NCBI GenBank assembly: GCA_030668825.1
Contig: DAOVET010000014.1
Coordinates: 10,961-42,960 of the forward strand
Reading direction: 5' to 3'
Length of the DNA stretch: 32,000 nucleotides
From: Candidatus Heimdallarchaeota archaeon
GTDB taxonomy: Archaea > Asgardarchaeota > Heimdallarchaeia > Heimdallarchaeales > Heimdallarchaeaceae
Position numbers and translations under genes: made by a program. Shown here one piece after another: positions 1 to 9,356 of the stretch. Position 1 is the stretch's first letter, and every line of letters begins with the position of its first letter. The notes under the pieces are model-generated. The model had not been told where the DNA came from. It was given only the letters and a program-made list of their open reading frames with translations, and ran no database searches.

Positions 1-7
1 GTCAATT

Positions 8-1198
8 ATGCTTACAACTTTCCAAATCATTCTTTTTGTTATAATGGGTTTTTTGCTCCTGTCCTATTTAGCTAGAGTCCTAAATTTACAAAAATATGGC
101 ATACACATATTACCTATTGGGATAATATTCAAAACAGAGTTTTTCAATAAAATACTGGAAAAGATGGGAGAGAAAGGAAAAAGATTTTGGAAAATCCTTT
201 ATGATATTGGTAAGATTTTAACCGGAATTATCACTCTAGGATTACTTGGATTCTTTATAGTAAACCCTTTCTTAATTTTATTCAACTCACCAGCTAGTTT
301 AGGTTTCCAACTTATAATTCCTGGCGTAACAATAGATTTCAAAATGGCTTTGTTGTTCATTTTTCCCATTTTAATAGTTCTTATTCCTCATGAAATAGCT
401 CATGCTGTAATGGCACATAGAGAAGGAATTAAGATTAAATCTTCAGGAATTTTTATTGTACTTGTATTCTTCGGAGGGTTTGTTGAGCTAGTAAGAGAAC
501 AGCTTGAAAAGGCTAATCTGAAAAGCAAGATCAGAGTCTTTCTTAATGGATCTGCTATCAATGCAGTTTTTTCAGTCTTTTTTGTAGCATTATACCTTTT
601 GTCACCACTAATAGTATCTATAGGTTACAGTGATCCTAGCGGAGCACTAATCACTAATGTATATGATGATTTCCCAGCTGATGTGGTTGGAATAGTGCGA
701 GGGGATGTTATCACAACCATTGGAGCTTATAATTCCTCAACACAACAGGTCATCTATTATCAGATAAATAATGTGGAAGACTACCATAGAGCTCTTGCAG
801 AGAACGTAGGAATTAGCTTGTTTTTCATAAGCTTACTCGACAAACCTACAAGAGCCCTTATACCTACGACCGATATTCCATCTTCCAATAAAAATAGTAC
901 AGATAGAATCTTCCTTGGTATAAACATTTACAATTACTATCCGCCTAAATCTGGAAGACAATCAATTTGGTTTCCCTATTATTGGAATATTCAAATATTA
1001 TATACATTAAACATTAGTATAATGGCTGTGTTTTTGAATACATTACCCCTATTTTTGACAGATGGGGACAAGATTCTGCAGGCCTATCTTATGAAAAAAT
1101 ATCCTGATAAACCTAAAGGGAAAAAACTGTTAAATGTTGCTAGAATAATTTCTATTTGTTTAATAGCTGCGAATCTCATACTATCAATGGTATTTTAG
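8..1198 (+). CDS. Site-2 protease family (peptidase M50) membrane zinc metalloprotease with PDZ-like insert
   Basis: 396-aa ORF with many hydrophobic segments. It has an HExxH zinc motif (PHEIAHAVMAH) and a second S2P signature near the C-terminus (FLNTLPLFLTDGDK, NxxPxxxxDG type). A PDZ-like stretch (VVGIVRGDVITTIG) lies between them. Confidence 0.8.
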   Translation: MLTTFQIILFVIMGFLLLSYLARVLNLQKYGIHILPIGIIFKTEFFNKILEKMGEKGKRFWKILYDIGKILTGIITLGLLGFFIVNPFLILFNSPASLGFQLIIPGVTIDFKMALLFIFPILIVLIPHEIAHAVMAHREGIKIKSSGIFIVLVFFGGFVELVREQLEKANLKSKIRVFLNGSAINAVFSVFFVALYLLSPLIVSIGYSDPSGALITNVYDDFPADVVGIVRGDVITTIGAYNSSTQQVIYYQINNVEDYHRALAENVGISLFFISLLDKPTRALIPTTDIPSSNKNSTDRIFLGINIYNYYPPKSGRQSIWFPYYWNIQILYTLNISIMAVFLNTLPLFLTDGDKILQAYLMKKYPDKPKGKKLLNVARIISICLIAANLILSMVF

Positions 1199-2155
1199 GT
1201 GAAAAATATGAAATGCACTCTTTGTGGAGAACAAACAGTCTATGTTAGGCAGTACGATAAACTAGCTCTTTGCTTGAGACATTTCAATGAGCAAATGAGA
1301 AAACGGGTTCAGAAGACCATTACCCGATATAAGATGTTAGGAAGAAAAGATAGGATTGCCATAGGTGTTTCGGGGGGTAAGGATAGTATAGCTCTTTTAG
1401 ATATCCTGTCTAGAATTGAGAAAGATTTTCCTGAAAGCCATCTGGTTGCTATTATTATTGACGAAGGCATAGAAAACTATCGTGATGAAGGTTTACACTT
1501 TGCTAAAATGAATGCTGAAAGACTAAATATTGAATATCATGTGTTCTCCTTCAAACATGATTTTGGTTATGATCTTGACAATATCATCAAGATTTTGGGT
1601 GAAAGAGGAAAAGATAGAGAGTATGGGGCTTGTTCCTATTGTGGTATTCTAAGAAGAAAAATTCTGAACAAAGCTGCAAAAGAAGTAGGGGCAGATGTCT
1701 TACTAACCGGGCATAATCTTGAGGATGAAGCTGAAACTGTACTTCTTAATATTATTAGAGGAGATATTCAAAGACTAGTAAGGTTAGATCCAAAACCAAG
1801 AAAAATACATCACAGTTTAGTTCCTAGAGCAAAACCTTTTCGCACAACTCCTCAAGCTGAGATAGTCATGTATTGTTATCTAAATGACTTAGAATATCAG
1901 GAAATTCCTTGCCCTTATGCAATTGAAGCATATAGAGGAGATGTTAGAGATTTTATTTTTAAAACTCAAGAAAAGCAACCCATGCTATCCTTCAATATTG
2001 TAAGGGGTTTAGACAAGTTATTGCAAATGGTTAGTGATATTCCAACAAGTAATAAAATGCAGGATTGTACGAAATGCGGTGAAGCAACAGCCAGTGACTT
2101 ATGTAGAGCTTGTTGGTTGAAGGATAAGGTTCAATCCATTAAAGAACTAAAATAA
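1199..2155 (+). CDS. PP-loop ATPase, tRNA 2-thiolation protein of the TtuA/NcsA (Ncs6/Ctu1) family
   Basis: PP-loop motif GVSGGKDS. N-terminal CxxC...C..H zinc finger (CTLCGEQ...CLRH) and C-terminal CxxC...CxxC finger (CTKCGE...CRAC). Central Cys ligands (CSYCG, PCPY) are typical of the Fe-S-dependent thiouridine synthetases. The GTG at 1199 abuts the upstream stop; ATG at 1208 is an alternative start. Confidence 0.8.
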   Translation: MKNMKCTLCGEQTVYVRQYDKLALCLRHFNEQMRKRVQKTITRYKMLGRKDRIAIGVSGGKDSIALLDILSRIEKDFPESHLVAIIIDEGIENYRDEGLHFAKMNAERLNIEYHVFSFKHDFGYDLDNIIKILGERGKDREYGACSYCGILRRKILNKAAKEVGADVLLTGHNLEDEAETVLLNIIRGDIQRLVRLDPKPRKIHHSLVPRAKPFRTTPQAEIVMYCYLNDLEYQEIPCPYAIEAYRGDVRDFIFKTQEKQPMLSFNIVRGLDKLLQMVSDIPTSNKMQDCTKCGEATASDLCRACWLKDKVQSIKELK

Positions 2156-2255
2156 TTTCCACCTTTTCTGAACTATAACAACAAGAAAAAGAAATATAAA
2201 CTGTATCTTTTTCCGTACTATAGTTACTCAAACTATTGTTTATGAGGAAATCAAA

Positions 2256-2840
2256 ATGAGTGAGACATTAAAAAATCTGGCTAAAGCATTCATTGGAGAA
2301 AGTCAAGCAAGAAATCGATACACCATGTATGCAAAAATAGCACGTAAAGAGGGATATGAGCAAATCGCAAATCTATTCCTTATAACAGCTGATAACGAAA
2401 GAGAACATGCTAAATGGAACTTCCGTATGATTCAAGAGGTTAAAAAGAAATTAAAATTCTCAGAAGAAGCTATTACAGTCGATGCTGAAGCACCATTGGT
2501 TTTAGATAACACCATTGCTAATCTTAAAGCTGCAATTGCTGGGGAACATTATGAGTATGAAACTATGTACCCTGAATTTGCTGATGTTGCAAAGAAGGAA
2601 GGTTTTTCAAAAATAGCAGATAGATTAAGAGCTATTGGTGACGCTGAAAAGCATCATGAAGAACGCTACAAGAAGCTTCTAGCACAAATTGAAGGTAAAA
2701 CTGTTTTCAAAAAAGCTGAGAAGGTTACATGGGTTTGTCAGAAATGTGGTCATGTTCATGAAGGAGAACACCCACCAGACAATTGTCCAAGTTGCAGTCA
2801 TCCTAGCAAATACTATGAAATTTTATGTGAAACTTATTAG
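2256..2840 (+). CDS. rbr: Rubrerythrin (diiron ferritin-like domain plus C-terminal rubredoxin-like CxxC...CxxC)
   Basis: N-terminal LAKAFIGESQARNRY and ExxH motifs (EREHAKW, EKHHEERY). C-terminal WVCQKCGH...NCPSCSHP rubredoxin-type centre. Confidence 0.9.
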   Translation: MSETLKNLAKAFIGESQARNRYTMYAKIARKEGYEQIANLFLITADNEREHAKWNFRMIQEVKKKLKFSEEAITVDAEAPLVLDNTIANLKAAIAGEHYEYETMYPEFADVAKKEGFSKIADRLRAIGDAEKHHEERYKKLLAQIEGKTVFKKAEKVTWVCQKCGHVHEGEHPPDNCPSCSHPSKYYEILCETY

Positions 2841-2859
2841 TTTCACCGCTGATTTTTTT

Positions 2860-4803
2860 TCATTCCAAAAACATCTTCTGTAAATATGTTGAAAGTTGAA
2901 TGCGGTCATCTAGTACTAATTGCTGTTTGCTCTCAAATTTTGGTAGTAAGTTCCTCCAAACTTCAGAATAGCTCTGGACTTCACTTATTAGTTTTCGAAA
3001 TTTTCTTGATGCTAAAAAGGACTTTCCAATAAAAATATAACTAAAAATGAATGTTCCATGTTTCACTTTGATAATATTATAACCATTGTATCTAACTCTC
3101 TCAAATATTGGCATATCACATTCATGTTTGATTTCTTCATTTTGAATCTTTGATATAATAGGGTGTAGTTGGTTAGTATCAAAGGAAGCTTCGTTGAGAA
3201 TCTCTGAAAATAAAATAGTACCTTCTTGACCTAATATGAGAAATGCATTTGGATTTTCCTCTTCTCTTTTAACATCTTTGTAGATTAATTTATTCCTAAC
3301 TAGATCATACAGCAAATCTTCAATATGCGTTAGTTCCAATCTTTCAGAGAGATCAGGGAGCATCAAAGAAGCACTTCCCCATTGATCAAGATTTTCGATA
3401 ATTTTGTCATGGGCATTAGAAATCAAATTAGCAAGTCTATGGATTCCTTTTTCCTCTGCTATTTTTTGTGCATCATTCAATAATAGCTTGGCTTCATCTA
3501 TTTCTAATTCAAGCAAAGAAAGTTGAGATTCGAATAATAATGCCTCAGCAAGAATAACGTAAGAATCTTGTTCTCTAGCTAACTTTTCTAAATCATTAAT
3601 CTTCAATTTGATATAACTTAAAATTTCAAAATCGTTTGACTTTATTAATCTGTTAAAGTACATATCACACAAATGAAATAGAGCTATCTTATTCATTTCA
3701 TTATGAATGAGAGAATCATATGCAACTTCATTGAGTAGATCAACTATTTCATTAAAATCATTTTCAGGTGAAATTGCTTTAAGAATAATCGCTTTACTTA
3801 ATTTGTAGATTTTATGACTAAGGTGTTGCTTTCTATAACTCTGGAAATCAGATATTGCCTTTATTTTTTCTAGATTTTCTTTAGTTTTTTTAAACTTATT
3901 TTGTTCTAATAATACTAGAATCAATCGAAAAAGTATCCAAGAATATCGCCGATGGTGTGAATTTCCTGTTTCTAGAAGCATTTGAGCACATTGAGTATAA
4001 TATTCTACAGTTTTATCTAAATCGTGTTTTTGCCAGTGTATGAAACCGATATCCCCAAGAATAAATGATAACGCGAAAGCTGATTCCATTTTTTCAGTAA
4101 AAGGTAGACTTTTCATTAAATAGTTAAGCGATGTCTCTAATTCACCCATGTCAAGATAAATTGTTCCTAAGCTTGATAAACAACCCATTTTTTGTTCAAA
4201 AATATTAAATTTCTCAGTAAGTTCTAAGCAAATTTCAAACTGCTTGATAGCTTGTGAATATTTTCCATACCACTGATAAAGACAAGCTAACTCATACTGA
4301 ATATTTACTCTTCCATAATCCCATTCTATTTCTTCTACTATCTTTAATGCTTGAGTCAACTTCTCCAATAGAAAATCAAAACCATCTCTCCACCCCTTAT
4401 AGTGGCTTTGCAGAATGGCTTTCCTTTTAAGGTATTCTGGTGTTTCTTGATCATTAATTGAATCAAGAGTGTCTTGAGCTAGCTGTAAATTCACAACTCC
4501 AGTTTTAAGATCCCCAGTAAGGCACAAAGCTCTACCAAGATGAAATGCTGAATCAAATATAAGAAACTTATTACCAAGTTTCACACTCCCTTTAACGGCT
4601 TTTTCACCAAATTCTATTGCTTTAGAAAATGGTTGGAAAATACAATACAGTTGTGTTTTCAATCTATAACAAAAGACTCTATCCTCAAACGTAATATCGC
4701 TTCTTTGTTCTATAGAATCTATTTCTTGTAGTGCCTCATAATATCTACCAGTAAGAAACATATTCTCAATTGCTTCAAATTTCTCGTCTGAAACAGTCTT
4801 CAT
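2860..4803 (-). CDS. Large TPR-repeat protein with a C-terminal longin/roadblock-like alpha-beta domain
   Basis: 647-aa ORF. About 500 aa show TPR-like periodicity (repeated Y..A...FE.AL/ G.L..SL.YY type helices). The last ~130 aa show a beta-beta-alpha-beta-beta-beta-alpha pattern (AFLILGQEGTILFSE ... RVRYNGYNIIKVKHGTFIFSYIF ... SRKFRKLISEV). Confidence 0.55.
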   Translation of the reverse strand: MKTVSDEKFEAIENMFLTGRYYEALQEIDSIEQRSDITFEDRVFCYRLKTQLYCIFQPFSKAIEFGEKAVKGSVKLGNKFLIFDSAFHLGRALCLTGDLKTGVVNLQLAQDTLDSINDQETPEYLKRKAILQSHYKGWRDGFDFLLEKLTQALKIVEEIEWDYGRVNIQYELACLYQWYGKYSQAIKQFEICLELTEKFNIFEQKMGCLSSLGTIYLDMGELETSLNYLMKSLPFTEKMESAFALSFILGDIGFIHWQKHDLDKTVEYYTQCAQMLLETGNSHHRRYSWILFRLILVLLEQNKFKKTKENLEKIKAISDFQSYRKQHLSHKIYKLSKAIILKAISPENDFNEIVDLLNEVAYDSLIHNEMNKIALFHLCDMYFNRLIKSNDFEILSYIKLKINDLEKLAREQDSYVILAEALLFESQLSLLELEIDEAKLLLNDAQKIAEEKGIHRLANLISNAHDKIIENLDQWGSASLMLPDLSERLELTHIEDLLYDLVRNKLIYKDVKREEENPNAFLILGQEGTILFSEILNEASFDTNQLHPIISKIQNEEIKHECDMPIFERVRYNGYNIIKVKHGTFIFSYIFIGKSFLASRKFRKLISEVQSYSEVWRNLLPKFESKQQLVLDDRIQLSTYLQKMFLE

Positions 4804-4883
4804 TATGGCACTTCTATGGAATTATAAATCCATTCAAAAAGAGAATAGTCATTAATAGGTCTTTCGGGAAAAATAGTAGACAA

Positions 4884-5210
4884 CTGAGCCGACCATAGCG
4901 ACCTGTTGTTCGACGCCGTTTCAGAAGTCGTTTCTTAACCATAAGCTCCACGCCGCTTGCTATGGGCACCACATATCAGTCTTAGAGCTGCTTACTTCCG
5001 TACCTGGCCCATTTTGACTTCAACCTTTCTAACGATTTCCTCTGAAATCGCCTCCAGTGTACACAGTCTCATAGGGCAGCGCTTCGACGCTATCCGATTA
5101 AGGCGTATCAACCTCAACGAAGCCTCAGCAACAGCATTCACCCCAGCATATAGAGCGCTTCTGGTACAAGGACGCCCTAGGTCCCCGGCTAGTCGTTGCT
5201 ATCGACTCAG
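4884..5210 (-). ncRNA. Signal recognition particle RNA (archaeal 7S / SRP RNA)
   Basis: GC-rich island in AT-rich DNA. The minus-strand read contains the helix-8 signature GGGCCAGGUAC-GGAA-GUAAGCAGCUC (plus 4985-5010), a GNAR tetraloop followed by AGCAG. A helix-6-like hairpin CGAUUUC-AGAG-GAAAUCG is present. The 5' end CUGAGUCGAUAGCAACGAC pairs with the 3' end GUCGCUAUGGUCGGCUCAG as a terminal helix. The length of about 327 nt fits archaeal SRP RNA, though the exact ends are uncertain by a few nt. Confidence 0.85.
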
Positions 5211-5301
5211 TTTCTAGTAAGCAAAAGAGATAAGACCAATTTAAACATTGCTATTTTTGGTTAATATACTACTTTTTGTTTATTTACCTAAAGAAGAACT
5301 T

Positions 5302-5871
5302 ATGAACGATTATTTTTGTTTAGCTTTAATGCCTGAATCAGTTGATGATAATCAATTTACTGAAGAATTTGTTCAAGCTATTGATGTTTTCCTAAAGGAT
5401 GCTACTAAGCTTGCAATTCTTGGTATTGGAAATGAAGATAATGGAGACGATGCAGTAGGATTGTATATCCTTACTATTCTTCAAGAAGCAAACCTACCAG
5501 ATTGGGTCACAAATTTCTATTGTGAAAAAGTGCCTGAACATTTTCTTGGGAAATTTAGAAAATTAGAGCCGGACAGAATCATTATTTTAGATGCTGCAGA
5601 TATGAAAGAAATACCAGGAGCTATTGCAATCTTTCCCAAAGAAGCTGTTTCTAGTGGTTTTCATCTTTCTACTCACACATTGTCTTTAACAATGCTTGAA
5701 GAGTTTCTCAAACCAGTTGTTCCAGATCTAATTACAATGTATGTGGGTATTCAACCAAAGGATCTATATTTTGACACACCTCTTTCAAAGGAGTGTAAGG
5801 ATGCAGCTGAAGAATTTGCAGAACTATTAATAGAGAGAATAAATCTTACAAATAAAAACAAAACAAAATAA
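5302..5871 (+). CDS. hycI: [NiFe]-hydrogenase maturation endopeptidase (peptidase A31, HycI/HyaD family)
   Basis: N-terminal AILGIGNEDNGDDAVGLYI (GxGNxxxxDDxxG). Conserved Asp in IIILDAADM and His in LSTHTLSL. I prefer the ATG at 5302 over the upstream TTG at 5248 used by the ORF track. Confidence 0.8.
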   Translation: MNDYFCLALMPESVDDNQFTEEFVQAIDVFLKDATKLAILGIGNEDNGDDAVGLYILTILQEANLPDWVTNFYCEKVPEHFLGKFRKLEPDRIIILDAADMKEIPGAIAIFPKEAVSSGFHLSTHTLSLTMLEEFLKPVVPDLITMYVGIQPKDLYFDTPLSKECKDAAEEFAELLIERINLTNKNKTK

Positions 5872-5953
5872 GCTGAGAATTCTCAATTATTACTTTGCAG
5901 TTCAAATACCTAAAGAATTTCAGAAATAAGAGTATAATTTTATATTAAACCAA

Positions 5954-6469
5954 TCATCTACTCTCTTTCTTAATCTTGCTAAGTAAAAGTAAAATCACAC
6001 CCCAAAGTACATTCAAATTTGGTACTTTTTCCTTATAGTTTCTATAATCGTCTCCAAACTTTTCAATTAAATCACTGTTAGCTTTAATAGTAATTAAATA
6101 AGTAGCAATTATAACAGGAATAAGTAAGATATCTACAACCCAATGTTGTGAGATAAAAACTAGAGCAATACTCCAAAGAATACCAGCAAGATACTGCGGA
6201 TGTCTAACTATTGAATAAATTCCTGTATCAACCAATTTAGTGGTTTTAATATAACTAGAATCTTTTGGAATACTACCCTTAATTCTAAATGTGAAAATTG
6301 GTAAAAAACCAAATAGTATTGAAAATCCCCAAAAGATGTACCCTACAATAACAAGACCATAAATTTCATAGTAATTTGACCAGAGAACAAAAGTTAGAAT
6401 AATCTGTGCTAATATTGAAACCCAAGTAACAGTGAAAGGGAGGAAATCTAGTAAATCCATAAATCTCAC
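5954..6469 (-). CDS. Membrane methyltransferase of the isoprenylcysteine carboxyl methyltransferase (ICMT)/phospholipid methyltransferase family
   Basis: 171 aa with 4-5 predicted TM segments. Family signature GIYSIVRHPQYLAGILW. Confidence 0.7.
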   Translation of the reverse strand: MRFMDLLDFLPFTVTWVSILAQIILTFVLWSNYYEIYGLVIVGYIFWGFSILFGFLPIFTFRIKGSIPKDSSYIKTTKLVDTGIYSIVRHPQYLAGILWSIALVFISQHWVVDILLIPVIIATYLITIKANSDLIEKFGDDYRNYKEKVPNLNVLWGVILLLLSKIKKESR

Positions 6470-6585
6470 TTATTTGATTTTGCAAATTAATAAACCACAT
6501 CCAAACTAATAAAGCTGTCTAAGAGAAGAAGTTATTTATTTATACTATTTGTGCTAAAAACAGAGAGTAGTGGGATTTAGTTAAA

Positions 6586-7689
6586 ATGTCAGAACCAACA
6601 CAAAAGTATCGAGATAAAGAACTAGTTGATGCACTAATTAAGAAGATAAAACAACTGACAGAACAAATAGGTGAGAAAGCACGTATCATGCATGTTTGTG
6701 GAACTCATGAACATGACTTAGTAAAAGCAGGATTACGTTCATTATTACCAAAGGAAATAGACTTGATCGCTGGTCCTGGATGTCCTGTCTGTGTCTCTAG
6801 TGCCCAAGATGTTGATGAAGTTCTTTGGATTGCTGATAATCATAATGTCATTATTGCCACTTTTGGTGATATGATGCGTGTCCCTGGTTCTAAAGAGTCT
6901 CTCTATCAAGCTCAAGGAAGAGGTGTTGACATTCGCGTAGTTTATGGTGTATCTGATGCCATCAAACTTGCAGAACAAACACCTGACAGGGATGTTCTTT
7001 TCTTCAGTGTTGGCTTTGAAACTACCTCTTGCGTTACAGCAGCTGAAGTTATCCGTACTACGCTTCCCAATTTTAGTATCTACTCTTCTCACAAACTTGT
7101 TCCTCCAGCAATGGAACTTCTATTGCAAAGAGATGATTTGGAATTTCAAGGATTTTTAGCTCCAGGTCATGTTTCTACAATTATCGGTGCCAAACCTTAT
7201 GATTTTATACCGGAAAAATACGATTTTCCTGTTGCGGTAGCTGGTTTTGAACCAGTAGATATCCTTGTTGGAATCTATGCACTGTTGAAGCAATTCAATG
7301 AAAATACTTCAAGAGTTGATAATATGTACAAACGTTATGTTAGATACGAAGGTAATGTTGCGGCTCTCAAAGCATTGGAAGAAGCTTATGTTGTTTCAGA
7401 TGCAAGGTGGAGAGGTTTGGGTGTTTGGCCAGATACAGGTCATGAGATAGATGATAAGTATAGTCATATTGATGCTAAGAAGAAATATGAACTCCCTGAG
7501 CTTGAGGTTACAGATCTTCATAGTGGTTGTATTTGTGATGAAATTCTAGTTGGAAAATCTAAACCACATAAATGTAAATTATTTAACAAAGCTTGTAGAC
7601 CTGATCATCCAATTGGGGCATGTATGGTCAGTCATGAAGGTACATGCAATGTTGCAGCTACTTACGAAGAGATAGTTTGGGAAGATTAG
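6586..7689 (+). CDS. hypD: Hydrogenase maturation factor HypD
   Basis: Motifs CGTHEH, GPGCPVCV, GFETT and PGHVS, with a C-terminal Cys cluster (CICDE...CKLF...GACMVSHEGTC). Confidence 0.95.
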   Translation: MSEPTQKYRDKELVDALIKKIKQLTEQIGEKARIMHVCGTHEHDLVKAGLRSLLPKEIDLIAGPGCPVCVSSAQDVDEVLWIADNHNVIIATFGDMMRVPGSKESLYQAQGRGVDIRVVYGVSDAIKLAEQTPDRDVLFFSVGFETTSCVTAAEVIRTTLPNFSIYSSHKLVPPAMELLLQRDDLEFQGFLAPGHVSTIIGAKPYDFIPEKYDFPVAVAGFEPVDILVGIYALLKQFNENTSRVDNMYKRYVRYEGNVAALKALEEAYVVSDARWRGLGVWPDTGHEIDDKYSHIDAKKKYELPELEVTDLHSGCICDEILVGKSKPHKCKLFNKACRPDHPIGACMVSHEGTCNVAATYEEIVWED

Positions 7690-7741
7690 TTGCTAGATGA
7701 AAACAGTTAATTAATGAAGTAGAAATGGTGATGTGAGACTT

Positions 7742-7963
7742 ATGTGTTTGGCAATTCCTGGATTGGTCTGTGAGATACTGAATGATAATAGAGTAATGGT
7801 TGACATTACGGGTGTTAGACGCGAAGCTGATGCTACTCTTCTCGAAGAATCTCTAGATATAGGTGATTATGTTTTAGTTCACACAGGTTTTATAATTCAG
7901 AAACTTGATCCAGAACAAGCTAAAGAAGATTTGAAACTCTGGGATGAGATACTCAGTAGCTGA
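7742..7963 (+). CDS. hypC: Hydrogenase maturation chaperone HypC
   Basis: The N-terminus MCLAIPG is invariant in HypC/HybG and defines the start at ATG 7742. The length of ~73 aa and an OB-like sequence fit the family. Confidence 0.9.
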   Translation: MCLAIPGLVCEILNDNRVMVDITGVRREADATLLEESLDIGDYVLVHTGFIIQKLDPEQAKEDLKLWDEILSS

Positions 7964-8030
7964 TTTTTCTAAGTTTTCTCAAAGGAATAACGAATAAGTT
8001 AAATATATTATTGCTGTTATTTTTTATAGA

Positions 8031-8714
8031 ATGGTCCTCAGAGAAATGGATGCTAACGCACTAATTTTAAGAAATTTCATAGACTTTTCCAATAAAACAA
8101 ATCAATACTTCCTAACTAATTTGAAAAAAACAATTCCTGATATTTGGGATGATATAGAATGCATGGGAGAAGCTAAAAGCAAAGTTAGCGTTGTAGAAGG
8201 ATTAAAGTTAGTTAAGCGAAGATACAAAATTAACAATATTGATATTGCATATATTATCATTTTAGCTGTAAGAGGATATAAGTTTAGAAATATTACTGAA
8301 AGAGTTTTTCTCTGTGAAGAAGAAGCCATATTTCCATCTATTGAACACTTTCCACCAACAAAACCAAAAATGGCACATGACTTTGAAATTAAGACTGCAG
8401 TACTAAAAGGAATAATTGAGGTTCTTGAAAATGAGAGTGATGACATAGCTGAAAACATAATTGAGTCTGTTCCAGAAATGTTAGAAAAATCCTATGGAGT
8501 TCGATATACAGGAAGATTTCTTTCCATAAATGAATGGATTGATCTCAAAGAAAAAGAAGGAAAATGGATTTCAGAGGATAGTTTCAAAATAGGAAATCAA
8601 AGTTTGACACCAATGGTGTTTGGAAACCTTCTAGTTTTACAAGCTAGAGGATGGTATTTGCAAGAAATTCCCGAAAAATTCAAAGGAAATGATTATCTCC
8701 TTATCAGATCTTAA
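8031..8714 (+). CDS. Hypothetical protein lying between hypC and the hydrogenase structural genes
   Basis: 227-aa ORF on the same strand as its neighbours. I recognise no motif in it. Confidence 0.5.
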   Translation: MVLREMDANALILRNFIDFSNKTNQYFLTNLKKTIPDIWDDIECMGEAKSKVSVVEGLKLVKRRYKINNIDIAYIIILAVRGYKFRNITERVFLCEEEAIFPSIEHFPPTKPKMAHDFEIKTAVLKGIIEVLENESDDIAENIIESVPEMLEKSYGVRYTGRFLSINEWIDLKEKEGKWISEDSFKIGNQSLTPMVFGNLLVLQARGWYLQEIPEKFKGNDYLLIRS

Positions 8715-8831
8715 TCATTTATTGATTCACGATTTATTGAAACATTTGCTTATAACATTAGCATCTATGCAACACAACCTTTTTTTATGACTGATTCTTG
8801 ATTAAACTTAAATGCGATGTGAGGATTTCTT

Positions 8832-9356
8832 ATGAGTGATGTACTCAAAGAATTAGAAGGAATTTTAAATGTAACTTTACCTGGAAACCTTGTTGAAGAA
8901 GTGATAAAAGTTGAAGAAGGTCATTTTGACGTTATGTGTAACGTGACAAATGCCTTTGAGCTTATGAAAGTACTGCGTGAAGATGCAGGCATATATCACC
9001 TATCAACAATATCAGGTGTTGAGAAAGATGATGAATTCAACGTTTGTTATCATATTCAACACAGAATAGAAGATGAATTTAAGGAAGTGTCGATAAATCT
9101 CATTATAACTAAAATCGACAAAAACAAACCAAAAACTCCAAGTATGTTGGAATTTTTTGTTGCTTCTGATTATTATGAAAGAGAAATTTATGATTTTTAT
9201 GGTATTTACTTTGAAAACCACCCATTCCTGCAAAGGTTAATCTTACCTGAAAGATGGCCAGATGATGTAAAACCAATGCGAAAAGAGTATGGTTGGGAAC
9301 AGATCAAGGAAATTACAATGAAAATTACAAAAGAAGGTTTGGAGGAGGCAAAATAA
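8832..9356 (+). CDS. Group-4 hydrogenase / complex-I 30-kDa subunit homologue (NuoC-like)
   Basis: Signature YYEREIYDFYGIYFENHP (ERExxDxxGxxF) and RLILPE.WP. The stop overlaps the next start (TAATG). Confidence 0.85.
   Translation: MSDVLKELEGILNVTLPGNLVEEVIKVEEGHFDVMCNVTNAFELMKVLREDAGIYHLSTISGVEKDDEFNVCYHIQHRIEDEFKEVSINLIITKIDKNKPKTPSMLEFFVASDYYEREIYDFYGIYFENHPFLQRLILPERWPDDVKPMRKEYGWEQIKEITMKITKEGLEEAK

Noticed and set aside
2203-2246. Short palindrome ACTATAGT and AACTAT-like repeats upstream of rubrerythrin as a PerR/SurR-type operator
   Set aside because: It is only an 8-bp AT-rich palindrome with loose neighbouring repeats. That is within what chance produces in this composition, and nothing ties it to a regulator.
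4957-5217. 86-aa plus-strand ORF in the ORF track
   Set aside because: It lies entirely inside the GC-rich SRP RNA locus. Its Arg/Ala/Ser/Leu-rich composition is what GC-rich structured RNA gives when translated. It has no motif and no RBS context.
9293-9355. Upstream start (9293) for the hydrogenase large subunit as given in the ORF track
   Set aside because: That extension overlaps the end of the NuoC-like gene in another frame. The ATG at 9356 is preceded by GGAGGAGG and overlaps the upstream stop in a typical TAATG coupling.
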